Assembly: GCA_965222235.1 (NCBI GenBank) | Contig: OZ244939.1 | Coordinates: 557,942-621,941 of the forward strand | Direction of reading: 5' to 3' | Origin: Minisyncoccota bacterium | GTDB lineage: Bacteria > Patescibacteriota > Minisyncoccia > Phycocordibacterales > JABAAK01 | DNA length: 64,000 nucleotides | Shown here: piece after piece, positions 1-9,367 of the stretch | Position numbering within the stretch: position 1 is the first letter of the stretch | How the letters are laid out: every line of letters begins with the position of its first letter | Program-made: the position numbers and the translations under genes | Notes under the pieces: generated by a model | What the model was told of the DNA's origin: nothing | What the model saw: only the letters and a program-made list of their open reading frames with translations | Databases searched by the model: none

Positions 1-600
1 TTTGTGAATAACAGCACCACACACTATCTCTGGCAGTGCACTGTTGACGGAGAGGATCCGACCGACTGCTCCCTGGAACGCCCCGGCCAGTGTTCCAACC
101 CGTCGGTGCTGAACCAATGCAATACCGGCAGTCTGAACGACATACCGGATTCTGACGAAAACCATCTCTGGCAGTGCACCGGTGCGGGTTCGCCGGACAA
201 CTGCTCTTTGGCACGATCAAGCTGCAGCATCCCCCTCGGTACGCTGGCAGTCGGTACCACCGTGGAGGAAACGAGAACCCTGAACAGCGACTGTACAACA
301 ATATTCCCTCCGCAAGAGGCGCCCGCGAAATTCTTTACCTTCACCTTAGCAAGTGCCGCGACAGTAACCATCGTCATAACGGAGTCAACTCAGAGTATAG
401 GCTATTACATTGACCTGTGGAGTCAGGGCACATATGACAGCACCGGAATTTATAGCTATCTCGAAGAAGAGCGCGGTAATCCTCCCCTTACTCTTACCCA
501 GCAAATTTCGGCGGCGGGAGATTACCTCTTTGAAATATCTCACAGCTCTTCGGCCACCTCCAATAGTACCATCAGCTTCACGGTAACAGTGAGCAGTTAA
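1..600 (+). CDS. 3' part of a Cys-rich surface protein with a C-terminal beta-sandwich (PPC-like) domain; starts before the window
   Basis: Open frame from the window edge; WQC..DC repeats; last ~125 aa paralogous to the C-terminus of 641..4285. Confidence 0.75.
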   Translation, partial: FVNNSTTHYLWQCTVDGEDPTDCSLERPGQCSNPSVLNQCNTGSLNDIPDSDENHLWQCTGAGSPDNCSLARSSCSIPLGTLAVGTTVEETRTLNSDCTTIFPPQEAPAKFFTFTLASAATVTIVITESTQSIGYYIDLWSQGTYDSTGIYSYLEEERGNPPLTLTQQISAAGDYLFEISHSSSATSNSTISFTVTVSS

Positions 601-640
601 GTACCTATCGCTCCCATTTTGACGGTATACTGAGTGCAGT

Positions 641-3600
641 ATGACAAACACCCGCGGTTTTACTTTGGTTGAGATACTCGTCGCCATCTCGCTCAGTGGC
701 ATCATCATCACCGCCCTTCTCAGCGTCTTTTTTTCCTTCATTGAGTACCAGGCGTCAACACAGGAGGAACGGGACGCGCTGGAATCCGTCCGGTTCATGC
801 TCACCGACATCACGCGCGAACTGTCGTTCGGCGGCAGATATGTCTGTGACAGCACTAATTTTCCGGTGACGGAAGAAGACGGCGATACGGTTGCGGGGCA
901 GTGCAGATGCATAGCATTCACGGATCAGCTGAACCGGACGGTGAAGGTGCGGTACAACGACATCGCGGGGCGGGTTGAAAAGAGTGTGGAGGTGCTGGAC
1001 AGAAACCCGAATGTCTGCGCCGCAGTCGGACTGAGTGGCGACAGGAACACCTGGGCGCCGCTCACCGACAGCTCCATTGACATTAGGGATCTGAGATTTG
1101 AGATAGGGACGGAAACGAACAGACAGCCGCGGGTGAAGATATTTACCGAAGCCGGATACACAATTGACGGCGAGGAGGAGACCGTCACGATGAAAACACA
1201 GGTCACCAGAAGAATCATTGAACCGGGCGGTGCAGTTCTGAAAAACTTACGCATCGGTGTTGATGTGTCGGAGGCGATACAGCGCAGCTACTTCGTGTAC
1301 GCGCCATGTCCGGCCGGATCAACGACACCGCCCTGCGATCAGAGGCCGAAGCCGAGCAGCGTCTGCCAGGATGAGAACGGCAATGTGTTTGACGGCTCCG
1401 CTCTGTGTGACATCGCGCACCGTCCCGTCGCGGTTGAATTCACGACTGAGGGGTTGTATGTGCTCGTAGACAGCGGCCTCATATTCTTCATACCGAATGC
1501 GGTACTTGACGGTTCGGACGGCGCGCTCAGGGCGACGGGGAAGATAGTCACCGAAGCCGGTACGGTCACGACCGAAGCAAAATATGTCACCGCGAAAAGT
1601 ATTAACAATACCGTGCAGCGGGTGGTAGGGAAAGGAACATCGGGGGGGTGCCGCCGCTGTAATAATGATCCGCACAGCATCATCTCCCTGCATCCGAGGC
1701 AGGGAAATATATCGGCCCTCGGCAATGACGGTTCGCTATACATCGTACCGCCCCCGCCCAATGCGGATAACGATCCGTGGTTTGCCGAACGCCTGCTCTC
1801 GGGCAGCCTGTCGTCAGGATCGGCGCGATATGTTGACACCGATTCCGGCACGAATCGGGGGAAGAAAACGCTCTCGCTATTCACCAAGTCGGACGGCACG
1901 GCCGTGTTGCGTTTGTTTCAGGGTGCCGTCGGCACGGCCCAGGTGACCGGATCATGCACTGATTTCAACTATGTACCGCTCAATCTGGGCACGACATGCA
2001 GGCAGTTGTGGCCGGATCCGGACACCCCGCATATCCCGAATATATCGCCGTCGGAAATCAATGACACTTTTTCCGGACCAAACAGCATTCCGCTCTCGTT
2101 CATTGACCGCCTGCAGGTGATCAATGAGACGGTGCATCTGTGGTATGCCGACAACACGGGCAAACATCTGCTGTCTATCGGACAAAGCGCGGTGAAAAAG
2201 AAGCGGAACGACAGCGGAAATAAGAGCGGGCTTGATTACCTGTTGGTTACCGGAAAGAAACTCGCCCACTACAACGGGGTGAGCGGGTATACATTCATAT
2301 GTGACGGTGACGGGGCGCTGTGTGCGATTGATTCAATTAATGACACCACCTTTAACACCGCGCGGAACAAGATAGCACTGAGCAGTGATATCGGCAAAAT
2401 TGAGGATCATTTACACTTTAAGAACTATCCTGTCGGTGTCAGCAACAAGGGCCGTCTGCTGTACTTCACCGGTATCAATACGGCGGTGAACGATGTGCAT
2501 GAGGCGCCGGTGTATAACAATCCGCTGCCGACATCGTCGGAAACGCGGATTCTCTGCAACGTGGAGGCATATAACCACAGCAATTCCAATGCACAGCCGC
2601 AGGACTACGATCAACAGGTGTCATTTGAATACATATCGGAAAAACATCCGACAAAAGATATGGTCGCTCTCATCGGTAAAGTGTTTGATGTGAACACCAG
2701 CGGTGCCGTGCATGAGATATATCTCCTACAGCCGACAGCGCGGGGGAGCAGAAAGCAGTTTGTTGAGAATGAACTGGAGGAGCTGTGTAATACTGAGCAT
2801 GTTGAACGGTTCCATTTGCCGAACGGTAACGGCGGCCCCGCACTTGATATTGTTCGCCTCACCGGCGTGCGATTTGTTGATGCGAAGGACATTGCTAATG
2901 AGGATGAACCGGTGCCCTGTAATGCAAGTTACCTTGGCAACTGCACGCTTCTCGCCACCGGTCACAATCAGTCCGCGACCAGGTCCTGCACCTCAGGTTC
3001 AGGATCCTGTTCCGGCACGTGCAGCAACGGTGCGTGGACGGGGATAAGCAACAGCTGCACCTCAAGCTGTGACGGAAGGACAACAAACAACTGCGATCTT
3101 GACGGGACCGACCACGGTCTGTCCGACGGAAACTGTACCGCCGGCTACACCGGCAACTGTTCTTACATCTGCAGCAATGCTCAGTGGCAGGAATCAAGCA
3201 ATACCTGTACCGCGGTGCCGGTCACTCCTGATCCGGAGAGCTGCGACGCCGGCACAGTGGGCATATGCACATTCTCTTCGGAAGGAAATCACGGTGACTC
3301 CGGTGTGTCCGGATCCTGTACCGCCGGCTACACCGGATCCTGTACCGGCTCCTGCAGCGACGGCAGCTGGAGCGTGACAGGCAATACCTGTACCGCGGTG
3401 CCGGTCACTCCTGATCCGGAGAGCTGCGATGCCGGCACAGTGGGCACATGCACATTCTCTTCGGAAGGAAATCACGGTGATTCCGGTGTGTCCGGATCCT
3501 GTACTGCCGGCTACACCGGCTCCTGTACCGGCTCCTGCAGCGACGGCAGCTGGAGCGTGACAAGCAATACCTGCATCACTGAACCGACATCCTGTAATAC

Positions 3601-4285
3601 AAATCCTCTTAGCAACTGCACGCTTCTCGCCACCGGTCACAATCAGTCCGCGACCAGGTCCTGCACCTCAGGTTCAGGATCCTGTTCCGGCACGTGCAGC
3701 AACGGTGCGTGGACGGGGATAAGCAACAGCTGCACCTCAAGCTGTGACGGAAGGACAACAAACAACTGCGATCTTGACGGGACCGACCACGGTCTGTCCG
3801 ACGGAAACTGTACCGCCGGCTACACCGGCAACTGTTCTTACATCTGCAGCAATGCTCAGTGGCAGGAATCAAGCAATACCTGTGAACAAAATGATTTATC
3901 ATCAGGCTGCAGCATCCCCCTCGGTACGCTGGTAGCCGGTACCCCCGCGGAGGAAACGAGAACCCTGAACAGCGATTGTACAACAGTCTTCCCTCCACAG
4001 CAGCAACCCGCGAAATTCTTTACCTTCACCTTAGCAAGCGCCGCGACAGTTACCATCGTCATAACGGAGTCAACCCCGAATACAAACTATTACATTGACC
4101 TATGGAATCAGGCCACATTTGATGCCGGCGGAGTCTATCTTTATCTCAGAGAAGTGGCCGGCCTTCCTCCCGTTACTCTTACCTGGCAACTTCCGGCGGG
4201 AGACTACCTCTTTGAAATAGCTCACACTCCTGTGGGCCTCATCAGATCCAGCACCCTCAACCTCTCGGTAACGGTGAGTGAATAA
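641..4285 (+). CDS. Giant (1214 aa) type IV pilin-like protein with Cys-rich repeats
   Basis: Class III signal RG|FTLVEILV plus hydrophobic helix; repeated C-x-G-x-C modules; upstream of prepilin peptidase. Confidence 0.85.
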   Translation: MTNTRGFTLVEILVAISLSGIIITALLSVFFSFIEYQASTQEERDALESVRFMLTDITRELSFGGRYVCDSTNFPVTEEDGDTVAGQCRCIAFTDQLNRTVKVRYNDIAGRVEKSVEVLDRNPNVCAAVGLSGDRNTWAPLTDSSIDIRDLRFEIGTETNRQPRVKIFTEAGYTIDGEEETVTMKTQVTRRIIEPGGAVLKNLRIGVDVSEAIQRSYFVYAPCPAGSTTPPCDQRPKPSSVCQDENGNVFDGSALCDIAHRPVAVEFTTEGLYVLVDSGLIFFIPNAVLDGSDGALRATGKIVTEAGTVTTEAKYVTAKSINNTVQRVVGKGTSGGCRRCNNDPHSIISLHPRQGNISALGNDGSLYIVPPPPNADNDPWFAERLLSGSLSSGSARYVDTDSGTNRGKKTLSLFTKSDGTAVLRLFQGAVGTAQVTGSCTDFNYVPLNLGTTCRQLWPDPDTPHIPNISPSEINDTFSGPNSIPLSFIDRLQVINETVHLWYADNTGKHLLSIGQSAVKKKRNDSGNKSGLDYLLVTGKKLAHYNGVSGYTFICDGDGALCAIDSINDTTFNTARNKIALSSDIGKIEDHLHFKNYPVGVSNKGRLLYFTGINTAVNDVHEAPVYNNPLPTSSETRILCNVEAYNHSNSNAQPQDYDQQVSFEYISEKHPTKDMVALIGKVFDVNTSGAVHEIYLLQPTARGSRKQFVENELEELCNTEHVERFHLPNGNGGPALDIVRLTGVRFVDAKDIANEDEPVPCNASYLGNCTLLATGHNQSATRSCTSGSGSCSGTCSNGAWTGISNSCTSSCDGRTTNNCDLDGTDHGLSDGNCTAGYTGNCSYICSNAQWQESSNTCTAVPVTPDPESCDAGTVGICTFSSEGNHGDSGVSGSCTAGYTGSCTGSCSDGSWSVTGNTCTAVPVTPDPESCDAGTVGTCTFSSEGNHGDSGVSGSCTAGYTGSCTGSCSDGSWSVTSNTCITEPTSCNTNPLSNCTLLATGHNQSATRSCTSGSGSCSGTCSNGAWTGISNSCTSSCDGRTTNNCDLDGTDHGLSDGNCTAGYTGNCSYICSNAQWQESSNTCEQNDLSSGCSIPLGTLVAGTPAEETRTLNSDCTTVFPPQQQPAKFFTFTLASAATVTIVITESTPNTNYYIDLWNQATFDAGGVYLYLREVAGLPPVTLTWQLPAGDYLFEIAHTPVGLIRSSTLNLSVTVSE
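2937..3883 (+). repeat. Intragenic A-B-B-A repeats: 272 bp at 2937-3208 and 3612-3883; 183 bp tandem at 3198-3380 and 3381-3563
   Basis: Direct sequence comparison; copies near identical and in frame. Confidence 0.9.
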
Positions 4286-4332
4286 CGCACAGGAAAACAT
4301 TCGCACGCATATATGCCGGGTATCATGTATGC

Positions 4333-5142
4333 ATGCTGTATGAGATAATCATCTCGCCGCCCTGGCTGATACTTATCATGTGTGTCGCGCTGTTTTTCTT
4401 CGGTGCGACGGTGGCCAGTTTTTTTGATGTCGTTCGCCTGCGGAAATCGTGGCGGCATTCGCTCCGCGGCAGATCGCACTGCGCCTCCTGTCGGAAAACG
4501 CTGACCTGGCGTGAACTGGTACCGATTCTGTCGTACCTGTCGCTGCGGGGAAAGTGCGCTTCCTGCAGTGCGTCCATTCCCGTGTACCATCTGTGCGCCG
4601 AGATACTGTCGGGCGCACTGTTCATATATATATTCCTCTTCGCGGATTCACTGTTCACCATCGGCATCGGCGTGCTTTCCGCGGTCTTTCTGGTCCCGAT
4701 TGTGCTTGAGGATATAGAGAGGATGGAGGTGCCGGAACATTTTTCGGTGCCGTTTGCGTACAGTGCGCTCGGCATCGCCGTCGCGGTGATGCTGCAGACC
4801 GGCGACATCACGCCCGCGATGAGCGCCGTGCTGCTTGCTGCCCCTTTCTACATCCTGTGGCTGTGCACGGGCGGACGGGCGATGGGTCTCGGTGATGCCA
4901 AGGTGGCAATTGCGCTCGGTATGCTGCTGCCGTCGCTCCTCGGCGCGGTGTCCGTCTTCATCTTCACTTTCTGGCTGGGGACCCTCGGCGTGCTCGGATA
5001 CATGGCGTACAAAAAAATCAGCACCGGACGGTACGGCATTGTGAAGCACATGCACATGCCGCTGGTGCCCGCCATGGCCGCCGCATATTTCATCGTTCTC
5101 ATCAACGGCACCTCCGTTCTGGATATACTCACACTGTTCTGA
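4333..5142 (+). CDS. pilD: Prepilin peptidase (A24 family)
   Basis: RSHCASC...GKCASC Zn motifs, LEDIE and MGLGDAK aspartates, multiple TM helices. Confidence 0.9.
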   Translation: MLYEIIISPPWLILIMCVALFFFGATVASFFDVVRLRKSWRHSLRGRSHCASCRKTLTWRELVPILSYLSLRGKCASCSASIPVYHLCAEILSGALFIYIFLFADSLFTIGIGVLSAVFLVPIVLEDIERMEVPEHFSVPFAYSALGIAVAVMLQTGDITPAMSAVLLAAPFYILWLCTGGRAMGLGDAKVAIALGMLLPSLLGAVSVFIFTFWLGTLGVLGYMAYKKISTGRYGIVKHMHMPLVPAMAAAYFIVLINGTSVLDILTLF

Positions 5143-5185
5143 TGCTTTGTCAGGTACGAGGTGCCTGTGCTACACTGACACCATT

Positions 5186-5260
5186 GCTGCGGTAGCTCAG
5201 CCCGGTTAGAGCGCCTGCCTGTCACGCAGGAGGTCGCGGGTTCAACTCCCGTCCGCAGCG
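5186..5260 (+). tRNA. tRNA-Asp(GTC), CCA not encoded
   Basis: Acceptor gctgcgg/ccgcagc; anticodon arm cctgc-ctGTCac-gcagg; T-loop ggttcaa. Confidence 0.95.
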
Positions 5261-5454
5261 CCCTTCTGTGTGGACGAAGTAATGGAACAGCCACATTCAG
5301 CACACTTCAAAAGATTTCTATATGGATGCTGTTTAGTTACCTGTTTCTTTTGTGGTTTACCCCGCTGTTCCATTATGAGATGGCATGCATCAAAAAGTTT
5401 CTTGGTAATGATTGGCTTATATGTGCCTTCGTGCGTTTCGTCATTCCATTGTAC
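5261..5454 (-). pseudogene. Internal fragment of a large serine recombinase pointing at the tRNA-Asp 3' end
   Basis: Minus strand reads HEGTYKPIITKKLFD...LLKCAECGCSITSSTQKG, homologous to YEGTHKPLITKKLFD...LLLCAHCDCSITSSVQKG in 24814..26484. Confidence 0.85.
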
Positions 5455-5490
5455 TACAGATATCGAATCAAATGCTTTTTGTAGTGATGT

Positions 5491-5758
5491 ACCTCTGGGC
5501 GCCCCTAATGAGATAGCACGTGAACTGGTAATTATTTTCGATCTGTTTTTTGATATTCAACCCTTATGCTCGCTCCTGTTTTTGTTTGCCTTTCAAATTC
5601 TCGCCAAAGGCGAGAAAGTGGGGGCAGGACTTAAAATGAAAACAAAAACAGGAGCTCGCAAATTTTGTGTCAGCACCTTTCTTTTGCCTTTCTCTGCGCG
5701 CAGAGCGCGCAAAGGGGTCGGCGGTAAAATGAAAAAGAAAAGTGGTCTGACACAAAAT
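5491..5758 (+). repeat. Inner arm of the island 1 inverted repeat (pairs with 9091-9256); carries about 95 bp extra
   Basis: cccctaatgagatagcacgtgaactgg...tctctgcgcgcagagcgcgcaaagggg matches the reverse complement of 9091-9256. Confidence 0.9.
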
Positions 5759-5864
5759 GTTTTCAACAGGCATTCTCTGTAAATACCCTGATTCTACTCT
5801 TTATTTTTTTGGTTTTTGGTGTATTTACTTATTGTGCTATTTTTCCTTGTTATATTTATATTAT

Positions 5865-6944
5865 ATGCCTCTAATGTTCAGCAAGATCATTAAAGATGAT
5901 TGTGTGGCGGCACTGAGGAAGATTAAAGAAGAATCAGTTGATTTGATTTTTGCTGATCCACCATACAATCTACAACTTGGCGGTGAACTATTCAGACCGA
6001 ATAATACAAAAGTTGATGGTGTTGATGACGCATGGGATAAATTTACAGATCTTAAAGAGTATGATAAATTCACAGTGAACTGGTTGCAAGAATCTAAAAG
6101 AGTGTTGAAACCCAATGGAACCCTTTGGGTTATTGGCTCTTACCATAACATCTATAGAGTTGGTTCAATATTACAAGATCTAGATTTTTGGATACTCAAT
6201 GATGTCGTGTGGATTAAATCTAATCCTATGCCAAATTTTAAAGGCACTAGGTTCAATAATGCGCATGAAACACTGCTGTGGGTTTCTAAGGACAAAAACG
6301 CTAAGTTTACGTTTAACTACAAGACAATGAAAACATCTAATGATGATAAACAGATGCGCAGTGACTGGGTGATTCCTATATGCTCTGGGAAGGAAAGAAT
6401 TAAAACACGTGACGGAGAGAAAGCACATTCAACACAGAAGCCAGAGGAGTTGTTAAAGAGAGTAATTATTTCTTCATCAAAACAAGGTGATGTGGTTCTT
6501 GATCCATTTTTAGGGAGCGGAACCACAGGCGCTGTTGCGAAAATGCTTAACAGGAGTTTTATTGGCATAGAGAGAGAGGAGAAATACATTACAGTTGCAA
6601 AAGAACGAATTAAGAAGGTGAAACGGTACAATGAGGAGTACACGGTAAACTTTCAGGAGGTACCCAAGCCAAGGGTCCCTTTTGGTAATCTTGTAGAAAG
6701 TAATTATATTAAAGTTGGTGTGAAATTATACTCAAAGGATAAAAAACACTGGGCAAAGGTAATGGCTGACGGAACTTTGAAGAATGGGAAGTATTTTGGC
6801 TCTATTCATAAGGTGAGTGCAGAAATGCTTGAACGGGAAAGCAATAATGGTTGGATCTTTTGGAATGTTCAAAAAAATGGTAAATTGGTAAGTATAGACA
6901 GTCTGCGTGAGTTATATTTTCAGGAGACAACTCTAGCAGGATAA
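5865..6944 (+). CDS. Beta-class N6-adenine DNA methyltransferase, CcrM/M.HinfI-like (probably GANTC)
   Basis: DLIFADPPYNLQLGGEL, HSTQKPE, DPFLGSGTT; CcrM-type C-terminal NGWxFW domain. Confidence 0.85.
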   Translation: MPLMFSKIIKDDCVAALRKIKEESVDLIFADPPYNLQLGGELFRPNNTKVDGVDDAWDKFTDLKEYDKFTVNWLQESKRVLKPNGTLWVIGSYHNIYRVGSILQDLDFWILNDVVWIKSNPMPNFKGTRFNNAHETLLWVSKDKNAKFTFNYKTMKTSNDDKQMRSDWVIPICSGKERIKTRDGEKAHSTQKPEELLKRVIISSSKQGDVVLDPFLGSGTTGAVAKMLNRSFIGIEREEKYITVAKERIKKVKRYNEEYTVNFQEVPKPRVPFGNLVESNYIKVGVKLYSKDKKHWAKVMADGTLKNGKYFGSIHKVSAEMLERESNNGWIFWNVQKNGKLVSIDSLRELYFQETTLAG

Positions 6945-6952
6945 AAGGGTAT

Positions 6953-8140
6953 ATGGCACGAATACGAAACGCAAAAGAAAGTCATGAAAGTGGCTACGAG
7001 AGAATATTAGGAGATAAAGAAATTTCAAATCTCATTACAAAAATTCATGCAACGATGATTAGTGCAGGATCTGAACTTGAGCGGTTACTGTATGAGGAAG
7101 CAAAAAATAAAATAGAGGACGGAGAAGACCTTGACGCTTATTTTAAGGGGAACAAGGAGTTTCCAGAAAATGATGGCATATATCTTGTTAATAAGAGAAC
7201 AATTAAAAAATCAAAAGCACTGAAATCAGACAAGGAACCTGATTTTTTAGGTGTAGATTTTAAAAAAAGCACCCTCTATATCATTGAGGTGAAAGACGGA
7301 GAAAACTTTGATACTAAAAAGTCCAGTGTTGAGCATGAGAATTTAATTAGTTATAGGGACTTTATTGCTCATAAAATACCATTTTCGTCAGTCATTTACA
7401 TCTGCCTGTTTAATACTAAAGATAAAGACAGAGCATCCAAGGCAGGGCTGAAGAGTAAATTTTCAAAAGAGGAAATCATAACTGGAAAAGAGTTTTGTGA
7501 TCTGTTCAACATAGATTTTAACCGTATTCAGAAAAGGCGAGAAGAAGATGTAAAAGATAATCTAAGATTTATTATAGAGAACGTAAAGCAGTGGTTGAGA
7601 AAATATATAAAACCTGTAAGAGAAGAAAGTGATCTTAGAAAGATGTGGGATGATCTTATAAGCAAGAACGGTTACGCAATTGTAAATTATGGTGAATGGT
7701 TCGCCATTAAGAATGAATTTAAACAGTGGGGGTCTGAGAAGCAAAAAGTGCGCATAGTGGCGCAAGCAAATGCTGGAGAGGCATTGTATGCGCCGGAAGC
7801 AGATTTGTTAGGATACCTTTTCTTTGATGATATGAAAAAGGTTGATATACAAAATGACTATGCGATACGGGTTGACGGTGACTCTATGAACAAAAGAAAG
7901 ATAAATGGTAAGTATATAGAGAATAGTGATTATGTACTTGTTCAATCGGATACTCCGCCAGAAGAAGGAGATGTGGTAGTGTCACTTGTAAACGGTGGGG
8001 TGAATATAAAGGAGGTTTATAGAGAAAACGAAGACGTGATATTGCGATCTCAGTCAAAGAGTGCCGGGTACGAAGACATACGGGTGAGAGAAGACGATTA
8101 CACCTATCTGGGCAGGGCAATTGATGTTTTTAAGGTGTAG
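6953..8140 (+). CDS. Putative type II restriction endonuclease fused to a C-terminal LexA/S24 peptidase domain
   Basis: EPDFL...IIEVKDG PD-(D/E)xK motif; C-terminal ANAG...VDGDSM...VNIK; follows the methyltransferase. Confidence 0.75.
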   Translation: MARIRNAKESHESGYERILGDKEISNLITKIHATMISAGSELERLLYEEAKNKIEDGEDLDAYFKGNKEFPENDGIYLVNKRTIKKSKALKSDKEPDFLGVDFKKSTLYIIEVKDGENFDTKKSSVEHENLISYRDFIAHKIPFSSVIYICLFNTKDKDRASKAGLKSKFSKEEIITGKEFCDLFNIDFNRIQKRREEDVKDNLRFIIENVKQWLRKYIKPVREESDLRKMWDDLISKNGYAIVNYGEWFAIKNEFKQWGSEKQKVRIVAQANAGEALYAPEADLLGYLFFDDMKKVDIQNDYAIRVDGDSMNKRKINGKYIENSDYVLVQSDTPPEEGDVVVSLVNGGVNIKEVYRENEDVILRSQSKSAGYEDIRVREDDYTYLGRAIDVFKV

Positions 8141-8217
8141 AGACGGGTCAGTTAATATTTTTTAACATTGTGGGTGTGGAGATGGTTTGATACACTGATC
8201 AATATTAAAGATTGCAC

Positions 8218-9024
8218 ATGACTTCTAACTCAAGCAAAATATTGCAAATTAATTTTTTGCACCAAGATATACAAAAGCATTGTTCAGGTTATCGCAAATC
8301 GGAGGAATATAGGGATTGTGCAAAGAAGGCGTTTGATTTGGTACGTGATAGGTATCGGGAAAAATTTGGCAGTGAAATTGTACCCAAGGAATTTTTAAAA
8401 GTATATTACATAAAAGGCACGCGAGGTTCTAGCGGTAGTGAAGAAGATAAAAATTTTCAGAAAGGGTGTGAGTATGTATTGCGCTCAGTTAATAATTTTA
8501 GGCATGAAGTAGAGCACACAGATTCCACCACACCTATGACAAAAAAAGATGCTATGCACCATTTATGTTTATGTAGTATGGCTCTTAATTTTTTAGATCA
8601 AATGGAGCACTATCCAAATAATACACATCCGTTTACACGAAATGACTATAAGAAAGAAAAGATGAGCGGATCAATTAAATTTAACTATAGCAACAACAAT
8701 GGTGAATATCGTATCGGTAAGGATTTACATGCTTTTACTGTAAAGGTTAGTTCTTGTAGTGAAAATTCTTTATACGTATATCACGATCCAGAGTTGATAA
8801 AGGGAGTGGGATTGATATTTAAGAGATGTAAAGATTTGAAGACCCTAAACGAGAAAGCATTAAAAACAATTGATATGAGTTCAAGGTGTAGGAGGATGAC
8901 AGTGGAAAATACATGTATTCTTCTAAACTTAAATAATATGTATGTCGCACTAAATTTAGAAAGTGCAGAACGTGAATGTGGTCACATTGCTATTATAGAG
9001 TATCAAATATTGCCTAAAGGGTAG
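8218..9024 (+). CDS. TIGR02391-like HEPN-type protein with an additional C-terminal domain
   Basis: Helical N-terminus with RxxxxH motif (FRHEVEH); low GC; lies inside the R-M cassette. Confidence 0.5.
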   Translation: MTSNSSKILQINFLHQDIQKHCSGYRKSEEYRDCAKKAFDLVRDRYREKFGSEIVPKEFLKVYYIKGTRGSSGSEEDKNFQKGCEYVLRSVNNFRHEVEHTDSTTPMTKKDAMHHLCLCSMALNFLDQMEHYPNNTHPFTRNDYKKEKMSGSIKFNYSNNNGEYRIGKDLHAFTVKVSSCSENSLYVYHDPELIKGVGLIFKRCKDLKTLNEKALKTIDMSSRCRRMTVENTCILLNLNNMYVALNLESAERECGHIAIIEYQILPKG

Positions 9025-9032
9025 CGTAAGGA

Positions 9033-9077
9033 AATTCGCAAGCGTGATTGTATAAAGATTAATCACGCTTGCGAATT
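9033..9077. terminator. 17-bp perfect stem-loop after the 8218..9024 gene
   Basis: aattcgcaagcgtgatt-N11-aatcacgcttgcgaatt. Confidence 0.55.
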
Positions 9078-9090
9078 GCAGTTTAGGCAG

Positions 9091-9256
9091 ATTTTGTTCA
9101 GACTCTTCTTTTTCATTTTACCGCCGCCCCCTTTGCGCGCTCTGCGCGCAGAGAAAGGCAAACAAAAACAGGAGCAAGCATAAGGGTTGAATATCAAAAA
9201 ACAGATCGAAAATAATTAACCAGTTCACGTGCTATCTCATTAGGGGTGCCTGAGGT
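9091..9256 (-). repeat. Outer arm of the island 1 inverted repeat; encodes tail peptide GTPNEIARELVNYFRSVF*
   Basis: Reverse complement of 5491-5758 with a few substitutions and one large indel. Confidence 0.9.
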
Positions 9257-9367
9257 GCCTGAGAAGATGTGCCGGGTTTGTGCAGGATGCTTTTGTTCGG
9301 CAGGGGTGTATCGTAGAGGAGGAATGTACCCTGCCCGATGATCTTGTATGGTATACTGACTATATAT

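Noticed and set aside
221-4285. Paralogous C-termini as a DGR template/variable pair
   Set aside because: Both copies are coding, differences are not adenine-specific, and there is no reverse transcriptase in the window
5270-5782. 170-aa plus-strand ORF after tRNA-Asp
   Set aside because: Antisense of the LSR relic fused to arm sequence
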